NCBI GenBank assembly: GCA_039811985.1
Contig: JBDHZT010000005.1
Coordinates: forward strand, 3 to 64,002
Direction of reading: 5' to 3'
DNA: 64,000 nucleotides
From: Nocardioidaceae bacterium
Lineage (GTDB): Bacteria > Actinomycetota > Actinomycetes > Propionibacteriales > Nocardioidaceae
The notes under the pieces are model-generated. The model worked only from the letters and a program-made list of their open reading frames with translations, made no database searches and was not told the DNA's origin. Both the position numbers and the translations under genes were made by a program. Position 1 is the first letter of the stretch. Every line of letters starts with the position of its first letter. Positions 30,973 through 40,053 of this stretch are shown here, in pieces.

Positions 30973-31785
30973 TCACTTGAGCAGCAGGGTGCTCAGCCGG
31001 CGGCGTACGACGAACAGCCCGAGCAGACCCATCAGCACCAGATAGACCACCGACGCCAGCGAGCTCCAGGTCAAGGCTCCGGTGGTCAGCTCGCGACAGA
31101 GCACCACACCGCGATAGAGCGGCGTGACCTCGACGAGCCAGCGGACGATCGGGTGGAGAGTGTCGATCGGGAAGAAGGTGCCCGAGAACAAGAACAGCGG
31201 CAGCTGGACCAGGGTGATCTTGTCGAAGTCCTGCCAGCTCGTCATGAAGGTGGTCAGCGCCATCCCGACCGCCGCGAACGCGAACGCGATGAGCAGGGCC
31301 GCGGGGAAGGCGAGCACCGCCCACCACGAACTGATCAGCCCGAGCATCCCCATGAAGACCACGAAGGCCGCGGAGTAGGCGCCACCGCGCAGCAGGGACC
31401 AGGTGATCTCGCCGCGCGCGATGTCGCCGGTCGACAACGGGGTGGCCAACTGCTGGTCGTACAGCTTGTCGAACCTGAGCTTGAAGAAGACGTTGTAGGT
31501 GGCGTCCATGACCGCGCCGTTCATCGCCGAGGCAGCGAGCATCCCCGGCGCGACAAAGGCCGCATAAGGGATCTCGCGACCGTTGAACTCGAAGGTGTCG
31601 ATCAGCTGTCCGACGCCCACCCCGATCGAGAGCAGATAGAAGACCGGCTCGAAGAATCCGCTCGCGAAGAGCTTCCAGGCCTTGCGATAGACCAGGTAGT
31701 TGCGCAGCACCAGGAGTTGAACGGCCCCGAGGAGCGAGGGTGGCGCCGGGATGGTCCTGGCCGGAGTCGTCGGAGTCGTGGTCAT
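30973..31785 (-). CDS. ABC-2 exporter permease (NodJ-like), second
   Basis: EPVFYLL.IG.G.G, Y..FVAPG, PLFLFSGTFFP. Confidence 0.9.
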   Translation of the reverse strand: MTTTPTTPARTIPAPPSLLGAVQLLVLRNYLVYRKAWKLFASGFFEPVFYLLSIGVGVGQLIDTFEFNGREIPYAAFVAPGMLAASAMNGAVMDATYNVFFKLRFDKLYDQQLATPLSTGDIARGEITWSLLRGGAYSAAFVVFMGMLGLISSWWAVLAFPAALLIAFAFAAVGMALTTFMTSWQDFDKITLVQLPLFLFSGTFFPIDTLHPIVRWLVEVTPLYRGVVLCRELTTGALTWSSLASVVYLVLMGLLGLFVVRRRLSTLLLK

Positions 31786-32609
31786 CAGCTGGCCAGCCTC
31801 TTGGCGAGTCCGGTCACCGACCAGTGCCACCCGAGCGCGAGCAACGCCACCAGGACCGCGGTGTTCACGGCGGCGACCGGCCAGTCGATGGTGTCGAGGG
31901 TGAACATCCGCGACAGATTGACTCCGTGCCACAGCGGCGTCAGCCGCGCCACCCAGCTGAGCACCGCGCCGAGGTTGGCGATGGGGAAGAACGCGCCGGA
32001 GAACAAGAACAGCGGGAAGACGCCGAGCCGGAAGATCAGCCCGAAGCCCTCCTCGGAGGTCAGTCGCGCGGTGAACCCGAAGACCAGGGTCGCGAAGACC
32101 ATGCCGACCAGGACCTGCGCCGCGAGCGCCAGGATCGGGCCCCACCAGGTCGCATAGATCCCGAACGGCAGCAGGATCAGGGTGTAGACACCGCACGTGG
32201 TCACCAGCCGGAACAACACGAACAGCAGGTTCCCCGCCACCAGGTGGCGCACCTCCAGCGGCGTGGCCAGCATCGAGTAGTAGACCTTCTGCCACTTGAT
32301 CATGCTCATCACCGGGTAGGTCGTCTCCCCCACCGCGGTCTGCATGGCGTGCGCGGCGACCAGGCCGGGCACGACGAAGGCGAGGTACGACGTCGCGCCC
32401 TCGAGCTGGCCGGGATCGCCCTTGATGAAACCGCCGAGAAGGATGCCCATCGCGACGACGTAGAACAGCGGGGTGACGAAGGAGGAGATCACCGAGCCGC
32501 GCCAGGTCCGCTTGTAGACCGTGGCCCAGTAGTCGAGCTGCCTGACGGCACCCTCGCCCAGACTGAGCGTGTGGGGCGTCGGAGTGCTGGATGCGAGGTC
32601 GACCATCAC
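31785..32609 (-). CDS. ABC-2 exporter permease (NodJ-like), first
   Basis: YLAFVVPG, LFLFSGAFFP, TPLWHGV. Confidence 0.9.
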   Translation of the reverse strand: MMVDLASSTPTPHTLSLGEGAVRQLDYWATVYKRTWRGSVISSFVTPLFYVVAMGILLGGFIKGDPGQLEGATSYLAFVVPGLVAAHAMQTAVGETTYPVMSMIKWQKVYYSMLATPLEVRHLVAGNLLFVLFRLVTTCGVYTLILLPFGIYATWWGPILALAAQVLVGMVFATLVFGFTARLTSEEGFGLIFRLGVFPLFLFSGAFFPIANLGAVLSWVARLTPLWHGVNLSRMFTLDTIDWPVAAVNTAVLVALLALGWHWSVTGLAKRLAS

Positions 32610-33532
32610 TCCACCAGCGTCCGACCGGTCAGATGCAAGAAGACGTCCTCCAGGGTGGAGCGCCGCACCAGCACCGCCACCGGATGCAGCCCCCGCTCGT
32701 TGGCATGGGCGATGACGGCCTCTCCGTCGTCGCTGTAGACCAGCAGCCGGTCGGGCAGCACCTCGACGCGCTCGCCCAGGTCGGCGACCTTCTCGGCAGC
32801 GGCCTCGTGCTCACCGACGCCGAAGCGCAGCTCGGCCACCTCGCGCGTGGAGTGCTCGCGGATCAGGTCGAGTGGAGCACCCTCGGCCACGATCAGGCCT
32901 TGGTCCATCACCACCAGCCGGTCGCACAGCTGCTCGGCCTCGTCCATGTAGTGCGTGGTGAGGACCAGCGTGACGCCCTGCTGCTTGAGTCGGAACAGCC
33001 GATCCCAGAGCAGGTGCCGTGCCTGCGGATCGAGCCCCGTGGTCGGCTCGTCGAGCAGGATCAGGTCGGGCGCGTTGATCAGGGAGCGGGCGATGGTGAG
33101 CCGCCTCTTCATGCCGCCGGAGAGGCTGTCCACCTTGGCGTCCGCTTTGTCTCTGAGCTGGACGAAGTCCAACAACTCATGGGCCCGGGTGCGCACTTCC
33201 CCGCGCGGGAGGCCGAAGTAGCGGCCATAGATGTAGAGGTTGTCGAAGACGTTGAGCTCGGTGTCCAAGGTGTCGTCTTGCGGGCAGACCCCCAGCCGCG
33301 CGCGGATCGCCGGCCCGTCGGTGTGTGGGTCCATGCCGAGGATGGACAGCTCTCCCCCGGTGCTCGGCGACACCGCGGCGATCATCCGCATCGTCGATGA
33401 CTTCCCCGCCCCGTTCGGGCCGAGGAAGCCGAACGCCTCGCCACGGCGTACGTCGATGTCGACCCCCCGCACCGCCTCGAAGTCACCGAACGACTTGCGC
33501 AGCCCCCGGGCGTGAATCATCGAGTCGGACAC
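32606..33532 (-). CDS. ABC exporter ATP-binding protein (NodI/DrrA-like)
   Basis: GPNGAGKS, LSGGMKRR, LDEPTTGLDP, TTHYMDEA. Confidence 0.93.
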   Translation of the reverse strand: MSDSMIHARGLRKSFGDFEAVRGVDIDVRRGEAFGFLGPNGAGKSSTMRMIAAVSPSTGGELSILGMDPHTDGPAIRARLGVCPQDDTLDTELNVFDNLYIYGRYFGLPRGEVRTRAHELLDFVQLRDKADAKVDSLSGGMKRRLTIARSLINAPDLILLDEPTTGLDPQARHLLWDRLFRLKQQGVTLVLTTHYMDEAEQLCDRLVVMDQGLIVAEGAPLDLIREHSTREVAELRFGVGEHEAAAEKVADLGERVEVLPDRLLVYSDDGEAVIAHANERGLHPVAVLVRRSTLEDVFLHLTGRTLVE

Positions 33533-33540
33533 GAGTAGCG

Positions 33541-33563
33541 AGGTTAGACGACACCTCCGACAA
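33541..33563 (-). promoter_or_regulatory. PafBC / RecA-NDp-type promoter of the ABC exporter operon
   Basis: TTGTCGGAG-gtgtcgtc-TAACCT, 8 nt before the GTG at 33532. Confidence 0.7.
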
Positions 33564-33712
33564 CAGCACGCATCCCGGCTGCCGAGTGGTTGAGAACGAC
33601 GCCGACATCACGGTTTGGACATGAAGCGCGGGGAAGAACCCGTGCAGAAGTGGCTGATGAGTAGGCTCTCGGCCACGAACCCGTCGAGCGGCGGGCCAGA
33701 CATCCGGGGGTA

Positions 33713-34006
33713 GTGCCGATGACGGTGCGTACGGTGTCGCCCGTGGCGCGAAGCAGGGCCACGCAGCGCGTCATGCTGGGTGCGTTGGCGGCCTTCTTCG
33801 GCAGCGTGGCTGTGCAGCGCGTGGTCTTCTACGCCATCTACGACAACACAAACCCTGATGGGGACCCCGACGGAGGGGTAGCAGAGAACTATGTGGCCTT
33901 TCTGATCGCTGCGGTCGTGTTCGTGGTCATCGTGACAGCGGTGCTGGTCACGGTGCTGCGACGCCTACGACGCGGGGTCTACGAGGACCTCCCGACGACG
34001 TCATAG
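33713..34006 (+). CDS. Small 2-TM hypothetical membrane protein
   Basis: Two hydrophobic segments; start uncertain (33713 or later). Confidence 0.5.
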   Translation: MPMTVRTVSPVARSRATQRVMLGALAAFFGSVAVQRVVFYAIYDNTNPDGDPDGGVAENYVAFLIAAVVFVVIVTAVLVTVLRRLRRGVYEDLPTTS

Positions 34007-34042
34007 CTCCGGTCGCTCGAGCGACCAATCTGGATGACGTCC
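33997..34042 (+). repeat. REP-like hairpin element, copy 3
   Basis: GACGTCAT-agctcc-GGTCG-ctcgag-CGACC-aatct-GGATGACGTCC. Confidence 0.75.
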
Positions 34043-34093
34043 CGCCGTCCGGCCCGCTGCCTTCCCGCTGCCTTCCCGCCGTCCGAGCGCGAG

Positions 34094-34115
34094 TGTCGGC
34101 GCGGTGCGGGAGGAT
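34094..34115 (+). promoter_or_regulatory. PafBC-type promoter of lhr (variant -10)
   Basis: TGTCGG-N10-GAGGAT, 6 nt before GTG 34122. Confidence 0.6.
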
Positions 34116-34121
34116 AGGCAG

Positions 34122-37100
34122 GTGGACGGCGTGTGGGACTCCTTCTCAGCCCCGACGGGCGAGTGGTTCCGCGCCGCGTTCGCCGAGCCCACGGCCGCCC
34201 AGGTCGGCGCGTGGCGAGCGATCTCTGCCGGCCGACACGCACTGGTGGTGGCGCCCACCGGGTCGGGCAAGACCCTGTCGGCGTTTCTGTGGTCGCTGGA
34301 CCGGCTGCTGAGCACGCCGCGCCCGGAGGACAAGAGTCGACGCACGCGGGTGCTCTACGTCTCCCCGCTCAAGGCGCTGGCGGTCGATGTCGAGCGCAAC
34401 CTGCGCGCCCCGCTGACCGGGATCCGGGCGACGGCCGAGCGGCTCGGTGAGCCGCTCCCCGAGATCTCGGTCGGGTTGCGCACGGGCGACACCTCGGCGG
34501 CGGACCGTCGACGCCAGCTGAGTCAGCCCGCCGACATCATGATCACCACGCCCGAGTCGCTGTTCTTGATGCTCACCTCGCAGGCCCGGGAGACGCTGCG
34601 CGGTGTCGAGACGGTGATCATCGACGAGGTCCATGCGGTCGCTGGCACCAAGCGCGGCGCGCACCTGGCCGTCACCTTGGAGCGCCTTGACGAGTTGTTG
34701 GACCGACCGGCCCAGCGGATCGGACTGTCGGCCACAGTCCGCCCGCACGAGGAGGTGGCGAGGTTCCTCGGCGGTGTGGCGCCGGTCGAGATCGTGGCGC
34801 CGCCTGCGGAGAAGTCCTGGGACCTGCGCGTGGTCGTCCCGGTCGACGACATGACCGCTCCCGACGACGGAGCAGAGGATCCGGAGGGGCGTTCGTCGAT
34901 CTGGCCGCACGTCGAGGAGCAGATCGCGGAGCTGATCGGCCAGCACCGCTCGACGATCGTCTTCGCCAACTCTCGTCGGCTCGCCGAGCGACTCACCGCC
35001 AGGCTCAACGAGATCGCAGCTGAGCGCGACAGCGACAGCAACGACGCATCTGACCCCGCCAGCGCCTCGCCGGCCCAGGTGATGGCCCAGTCCGGGCACA
35101 CTCACGGCGCGGCGCCGGTCATCGCGAAGGCGCACCACGGCTCGGTGTCGAAGGAGCAGCGCGCGATCATCGAGGACGACCTCAAGCGCGGCCGGCTGCC
35201 GGCGGTGGTGGCGACCAGCAGCCTCGAGCTCGGCATCGACATGGGCGCGGTCGACCTGGTCATCCAGGTCGAGTCGCCGCCGAGCGTGGCCAGCGCCCTG
35301 CAGCGAGTCGGTCGGGCCGGCCACCAGGTGGGTGAGACCTCCCGCGGGGTGCTCTTCCCCAAGCACCGTGGCGATCTCGCGCCGACCGCCGTCGCGGTCG
35401 AGCGGATGCGCAGCGGGACGATCGAGTCGCTTCGGGTGCCGGCCAACCCGCTCGACGTGTTGGCCCAGCAGGTGGTCGCCGCGACCGCGCTGGACGAGTG
35501 GGGCGTGGACGACTTGTTCGCCCTGATCCGCCGCAGCGCTCCCTTCACCAGTCTGCCGCGCAGTGCCTACGACGCGACCCTGGACCTGCTGGCCGGCCGC
35601 TATCCGTCGGAGGAGTTCGCCGAGTTGCGCCCCCGGATCGTGTGGGACCGGGTCGCCGGCACGCTGACCGGTCGACCGGGTGCGCAGCGGCTCGCGGTCA
35701 CCAGCGGCGGCACCATCCCCGACCGCGGTCTCTTCGGCGTCTTCCTGGTCGGCGCGACCGGGCCGGGCGCCCGGGTGGGCGAGCTCGACGAGGAGATGGT
35801 CTACGAGTCCCGCGTCGGCGACGTCTTCGCGCTGGGAGCGACCAGCTGGCGGATCGAGGACATCACCCACGACCGGGTGCTGGTGACCCCAGCCCCCGGC
35901 GTGCCCGGTCGACTGCCGTTCTGGAAGGGCGACAGCCTCGGCCGTCCGGCCGAGCTGGGCGCAGCGGTGGGCGCGCTGCGCCACGAGCTGGGCAGCCTGC
36001 CCGAGCCGAAGGCGCTCGCCCGCGCCCATGAGGCCGGGCTGGACGACCGAGCCGCGGCCAACCTGGTCGCCTACCTGCGCGAGCAGCGGGAGGCCACCCA
36101 GCTCTTGCCCAGCGACCAGACTCTCGTCGTCGAGCGGGTCCGTGACGAGCTCGGCGACTGGCGGCTGGTGGTGCACTCGCCCTACGGCACTCCCGTGCAC
36201 GCACCCTGGGCGCTGGCGATCAACGCCCGACTCCGGCAGCGGTACGGCGTCGACGGCCAGGCCGTCGCCAGCGACGACGGCATCGTCATCCGCATTCCAG
36301 ATGGAGAGGCCGAGCCACCGGGCGGCGACCTGATCGTCTTCGACGCCGAAGAGATCGCCGAGATCGTGACCACCGAGGTGGGCGGCTCCGCCCTGTTCGC
36401 CTCCCGGTTCCGCGAGTGCGCAGCGCGCGCGCTGCTCCTGCCTCGACGCGACCCCGGCCGCCGCTCGCCACTGTGGCAACAGCGCCAACGCTCGGCCCAG
36501 CTGCTTGAGGTGGCGGCACAGTATCCCTCCTTCCCGATCGTCCTCGAGGCGGTCCGCGAGTGCCTCCAAGACGTCTACGACCTGCCGTCGCTGACCAACC
36601 TGATGGACCGCATCGAGCGACGAGAGGTCGCGGTCAGCGACGTGGCCACCACTCAGCCGTCGCCGTTCGCACGGACGTTGCTGTTCGGCTACGTCGCCCA
36701 GTTCATGTACGAAGGCGACTCCCCCGTCGCCGAGCGTCGCGCCGCCGCGCTCTCGCTGGATCAAGGCCTGCTCGCCGAGCTGCTCGGCCGAGCGGAGCTG
36801 CGTGAGCTGCTCGACCCCGAGGTGCTCGCGCAGCTCGAGGCGGAGCTCCAACGACTCGCGCCCGACCGTCGGATCGGCACGGTGGAGCAACTCGCCGACC
36901 TGCTCCGGATCCTCGGGCCGTTGACCATCGACGAGGTCGCCGAGCGCAGCGTCGAGGGCGCGACGGTCGCAGACTGGGTCGCTGAGCTCGCCGGCAAACG
37001 CCGCATCGTCAACCTGCGCGTCGCCGGACGGGACTGCTGGGCCGCGGTCGAGGACGTCGGTCGCCTGCGTGACGGGCTCGGCGTGCCGGTGCCTCCCGGC

Positions 37101-38711
37101 ACTCCTGACGCGTTCACCGACCCGGTCGAGGATCCGCTGGCCGACCTGATCGGCCGCTATGCCCGCAGTCACGGCCCCTTCACCGCCGACGACGTCGCCT
37201 CTCGACTCGGCCTCGGCATCGCCGTGGTCCGGCACACCCTGGAGCGGCTGACCGCACGGGGTCGCCTGTTGGAAGGCGAGTTCCGGCCGGCCGGCACCAG
37301 CCAGGAGTGGTGCGATGCCGACGTCCTGCGCAGGTTGCGCCGGCGGTCCTTGGCCAACCTCCGACACGAGGTCGAGCCAGTCGAGCCCGATGTGCTCGGC
37401 AGGTTCCTGCTCGCCTGGCAGCGGGTGGGTGCCGGCCGAGGTGCCCTGCGTGGGATCGACGGCGTCTATGCCGCGGTCGAGCAGCTCGCGGGGGCGCCGG
37501 TGCCGGCATCGGCACTGGAGCCACTCGTGCTGGCCGGCCGCGTCGTCGACTACGAGCCCGCCATGCTCGACCAGCTCACCACCTCCGGCGAGGTGCTCTG
37601 GACCGGTCACGGCGCGCTCCCCGGCAACGACGGCTGGGTCTCCCTCCACCTGGCCGATCAGGCACCGCTCACACTGGCCCTTCCCGATCTGGCCCTTCCC
37701 GATCTGGCCCTTCCCGATCCCACCCCCTCCGACCCACCAGAGCGGAGCGATCTGCACCGCGCCATCCTCGACGCACTGGCACCGGGCGGCGCGTGGTTCT
37801 TCCGCCAACTCGCCGAGGTGGTCGCCGTCGACGACGAGGCCGCGTTGACCTCCGCGCTGTGGGATCTGGTCTGGGCCGGCCTGATCGGCAACGACTCCCT
37901 CGCGCCGCTGCGGGCGCTCACCGGCTCCGGACGGCCCACGCACCGCACTCGCAGACCGGCGCCGCGCAGCCGCCCGGTGCTCAGCGGTCGACCCCGGCTG
38001 CCGTCACGACAGGGTCCCCCGGAGACCGCGGGCCGGTGGACCCTGCTGCCCGAGCGGGACGACGACCCGACCCGCCGTGCCCACGCCACGGCCGAGCGGC
38101 TCCTCGACCGACACGGCGTGGTGACCAGGGGCGCGGTCGTCGGTGAGCGGGTGCCCGGCGGCTTCGCCGGCGTCTACCGCGTGCTCTCCGCCTTCGAGGA
38201 GTCCGGCCGTTGCCGGCGGGGATACTTCGTGGCCGGTCTGGGCGCTGCCCAGTTCGGCACCGCTGGCGCGATCGACCGACTGCGGACCTTCATCCACCGC
38301 GACGAGCTCGCCGATCCAGGGGCGGTCGCGCTCGCAGCGACCGACCCGGCCAACCCCTACGGCGCGGCCCTGCCCTGGCCCGAGCGTGCTGCTCAGACTC
38401 AGGGAGAGGAAGGCCCCGGCCATCGGCCGGGGCGCAAGGCCGGTGCCCTGGTCGTGCTCGTTGATGGGAGTCTCACCCTCTACGTCGAGCGCGGCGGGCG
38501 GACCCTGCTCACCTGGTCCGACGACGAGGAGCGACTCACCGCCGCGACTCGTGCGCTGGCCGATGCCGCCCGAGCAGGACTGCTGGGCAAGCTCATCGTC
38601 GAGCGCGCGGATGGCGAGCAGCTGCTCGGCGCCGGGGCCACACCGCTGCGGCTCGCGCTCCAGTCGGCGGGCTTCGTCACGACTCCTCGAGGGTTGCGGT
38701 TCCGTGCCTGA
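34122..38711 (+). CDS. lhr: ATP-dependent helicase Lhr (full length)
   Basis: APTGSGKT, TTPESL, DEVH, LSATV, QRVGRAGH, long C-terminal wHTH region; 1529 aa. Confidence 0.96.
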   Translation: MDGVWDSFSAPTGEWFRAAFAEPTAAQVGAWRAISAGRHALVVAPTGSGKTLSAFLWSLDRLLSTPRPEDKSRRTRVLYVSPLKALAVDVERNLRAPLTGIRATAERLGEPLPEISVGLRTGDTSAADRRRQLSQPADIMITTPESLFLMLTSQARETLRGVETVIIDEVHAVAGTKRGAHLAVTLERLDELLDRPAQRIGLSATVRPHEEVARFLGGVAPVEIVAPPAEKSWDLRVVVPVDDMTAPDDGAEDPEGRSSIWPHVEEQIAELIGQHRSTIVFANSRRLAERLTARLNEIAAERDSDSNDASDPASASPAQVMAQSGHTHGAAPVIAKAHHGSVSKEQRAIIEDDLKRGRLPAVVATSSLELGIDMGAVDLVIQVESPPSVASALQRVGRAGHQVGETSRGVLFPKHRGDLAPTAVAVERMRSGTIESLRVPANPLDVLAQQVVAATALDEWGVDDLFALIRRSAPFTSLPRSAYDATLDLLAGRYPSEEFAELRPRIVWDRVAGTLTGRPGAQRLAVTSGGTIPDRGLFGVFLVGATGPGARVGELDEEMVYESRVGDVFALGATSWRIEDITHDRVLVTPAPGVPGRLPFWKGDSLGRPAELGAAVGALRHELGSLPEPKALARAHEAGLDDRAAANLVAYLREQREATQLLPSDQTLVVERVRDELGDWRLVVHSPYGTPVHAPWALAINARLRQRYGVDGQAVASDDGIVIRIPDGEAEPPGGDLIVFDAEEIAEIVTTEVGGSALFASRFRECAARALLLPRRDPGRRSPLWQQRQRSAQLLEVAAQYPSFPIVLEAVRECLQDVYDLPSLTNLMDRIERREVAVSDVATTQPSPFARTLLFGYVAQFMYEGDSPVAERRAAALSLDQGLLAELLGRAELRELLDPEVLAQLEAELQRLAPDRRIGTVEQLADLLRILGPLTIDEVAERSVEGATVADWVAELAGKRRIVNLRVAGRDCWAAVEDVGRLRDGLGVPVPPGTPDAFTDPVEDPLADLIGRYARSHGPFTADDVASRLGLGIAVVRHTLERLTARGRLLEGEFRPAGTSQEWCDADVLRRLRRRSLANLRHEVEPVEPDVLGRFLLAWQRVGAGRGALRGIDGVYAAVEQLAGAPVPASALEPLVLAGRVVDYEPAMLDQLTTSGEVLWTGHGALPGNDGWVSLHLADQAPLTLALPDLALPDLALPDPTPSDPPERSDLHRAILDALAPGGAWFFRQLAEVVAVDDEAALTSALWDLVWAGLIGNDSLAPLRALTGSGRPTHRTRRPAPRSRPVLSGRPRLPSRQGPPETAGRWTLLPERDDDPTRRAHATAERLLDRHGVVTRGAVVGERVPGGFAGVYRVLSAFEESGRCRRGYFVAGLGAAQFGTAGAIDRLRTFIHRDELADPGAVALAATDPANPYGAALPWPERAAQTQGEEGPGHRPGRKAGALVVLVDGSLTLYVERGGRTLLTWSDDEERLTAATRALADAARAGLLGKLIVERADGEQLLGAGATPLRLALQSAGFVTTPRGLRFRA
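37674..37718 (+). repeat. In-frame 15-bp tandem repeat x3 (LALPD) in Lhr
   Basis: CTGGCCCTTCCCGAT x3. Confidence 0.95.
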
Positions 38712-38866
38712 GCATGGATCCACCGGTCGTCGCCGTCGCGAGCGGCATCAGACGGGTGTCCCGGCAAGGCGGAGTGCCGAAGGCGGGCCGGAGGCCCGTC
38801 GAGGTGCGAGAACGCAGCCGGGGTGCCCGGATGGTGACGCGCAGCAGGCGAAAGATCGGTGGTTCC

Positions 38867-39658
38867 ATGCCTGAGGGAGACACCGTCTGGCGGACGGCGC
38901 GCACCCTCGATCGGGCGCTCGCCGGCCATCGACTCACCGCCACCGACTTCCGCGTCCCGGCCCTGGCCACCGCTGACCTGGCCGGAGCGGTCGTGCGACA
39001 GACGGTGTCGCGCGGGAAGCATCTGCTCACCCACCTCGACCACGGGTCGCACACCTGGACCCTGCACACGCATCTGATGATGGAGGGCGCCTGGCACACC
39101 TACCAGCAGGGCCAGCGCTGGCGTCGGCCCGACCATCAGGCGCGCGTCGTGCTGACCGCCCACGACCGGCTGGCGGTCGGCTTCTCCCTCGGCATCGTCG
39201 AGCTGCTGCCGCGCAGCGAGGAGCACCAGGTCGTCGGCCACCTCGGGCCGGACCTGCTCGGCGCCGACTGGGACGAGCAGGAGGCGCTTCGACGCCTGCT
39301 GCGGGCGCCCGAGCGACCGATCCACGAGGCACTGCTCGACCAGACCAACCTGGCCGGCATCGGCAACCTCTACGCCGCCGAGCTCTGCTTCACCAGTGGG
39401 ATCCACCCGACCACTCCGGTCGGCGAGGTCGCCGATCTGCCTCGGCTGATCCGGCGGGCGCAGGCCATGCTCGAGCAGAACAAGCTGCGTGCTGTCCAGA
39501 CCACCACCGGCGACCTGCGCCAGGGCGAGCGGGTCTGGGTCTATCGCCGCGACCGGCAGCCCTGCCGTCGATGCGACTCGACCATCGAGGTCTCCTCGAT
39601 CGGAGAGCCCGGCCGGGAGCGGGCGGCGTACTGGTGCCCGACCTGCCAGCCGACCTGA
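38867..39658 (+). CDS. nei: Fpg/Nei DNA glycosylase (Nei2-like)
   Basis: MPEGDTV, RGKHLL, LLDQ..LAGIGNLY, C..C...YWCP.CQ zinc finger. Confidence 0.93.
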   Translation: MPEGDTVWRTARTLDRALAGHRLTATDFRVPALATADLAGAVVRQTVSRGKHLLTHLDHGSHTWTLHTHLMMEGAWHTYQQGQRWRRPDHQARVVLTAHDRLAVGFSLGIVELLPRSEEHQVVGHLGPDLLGADWDEQEALRRLLRAPERPIHEALLDQTNLAGIGNLYAAELCFTSGIHPTTPVGEVADLPRLIRRAQAMLEQNKLRAVQTTTGDLRQGERVWVYRRDRQPCRRCDSTIEVSSIGEPGRERAAYWCPTCQPT

Positions 39659-39668
39659 ACCCGATCCT

Positions 39669-39995
39669 TCAGGCAGCCGAGGCGACCACGTCGCCGGTGG
39701 GACGGGTCGGCACCTGGAGTGGAGTGGCCTCCACCGGCAGCGACTCGAGCGAGAGCAGTGCCTCCTGCTCCGCCACGGCGTCGCTGACCTCGCGCAACAC
39801 ATCGGAGAGCGGCACCTCGAGCGCCCCGCACAACGAGGCGAGCAGCTCGGAGGATGCTTCCTTCTGACCGCGCTCGATCTCGGAGATGTAGCCCAGGCTG
39901 ACCCGGGCCTCGGCGGACACCTCGCGCAGCGTCAGGCCCCGCTGCATCCGCCGACCGCGGAGCACATCGCCGAGCAACCGACGAAACAGCACCAT
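39669..39995 (-). CDS. clgR: XRE-family regulator, ClgR-like
   Basis: LGDVLR..R..RG.TLREVS..A.VSLGY.SE.ERGQKE.SSELL; position downstream of pgsA-cinA. Confidence 0.8.
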   Translation of the reverse strand: MVLFRRLLGDVLRGRRMQRGLTLREVSAEARVSLGYISEIERGQKEASSELLASLCGALEVPLSDVLREVSDAVAEQEALLSLESLPVEATPLQVPTRPTGDVVASAA

Positions 39996-40053
39996 CCGCT
40001 CATCCCTCCGAGTCCCTCAGCGGTCCGGAACGGACCACCTGACGGCCCCAACG

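Noticed and set aside
34146-37943. 1265-aa antisense ORF and other long shadow ORFs (e.g. 7194-8963, 12979-14862, 20776-22398, 52989-55910, 56361-58010)
   Set aside because: They lie antisense to well-supported genes, show no family motifs, and are expected from stop-codon scarcity in ~70% GC DNA.
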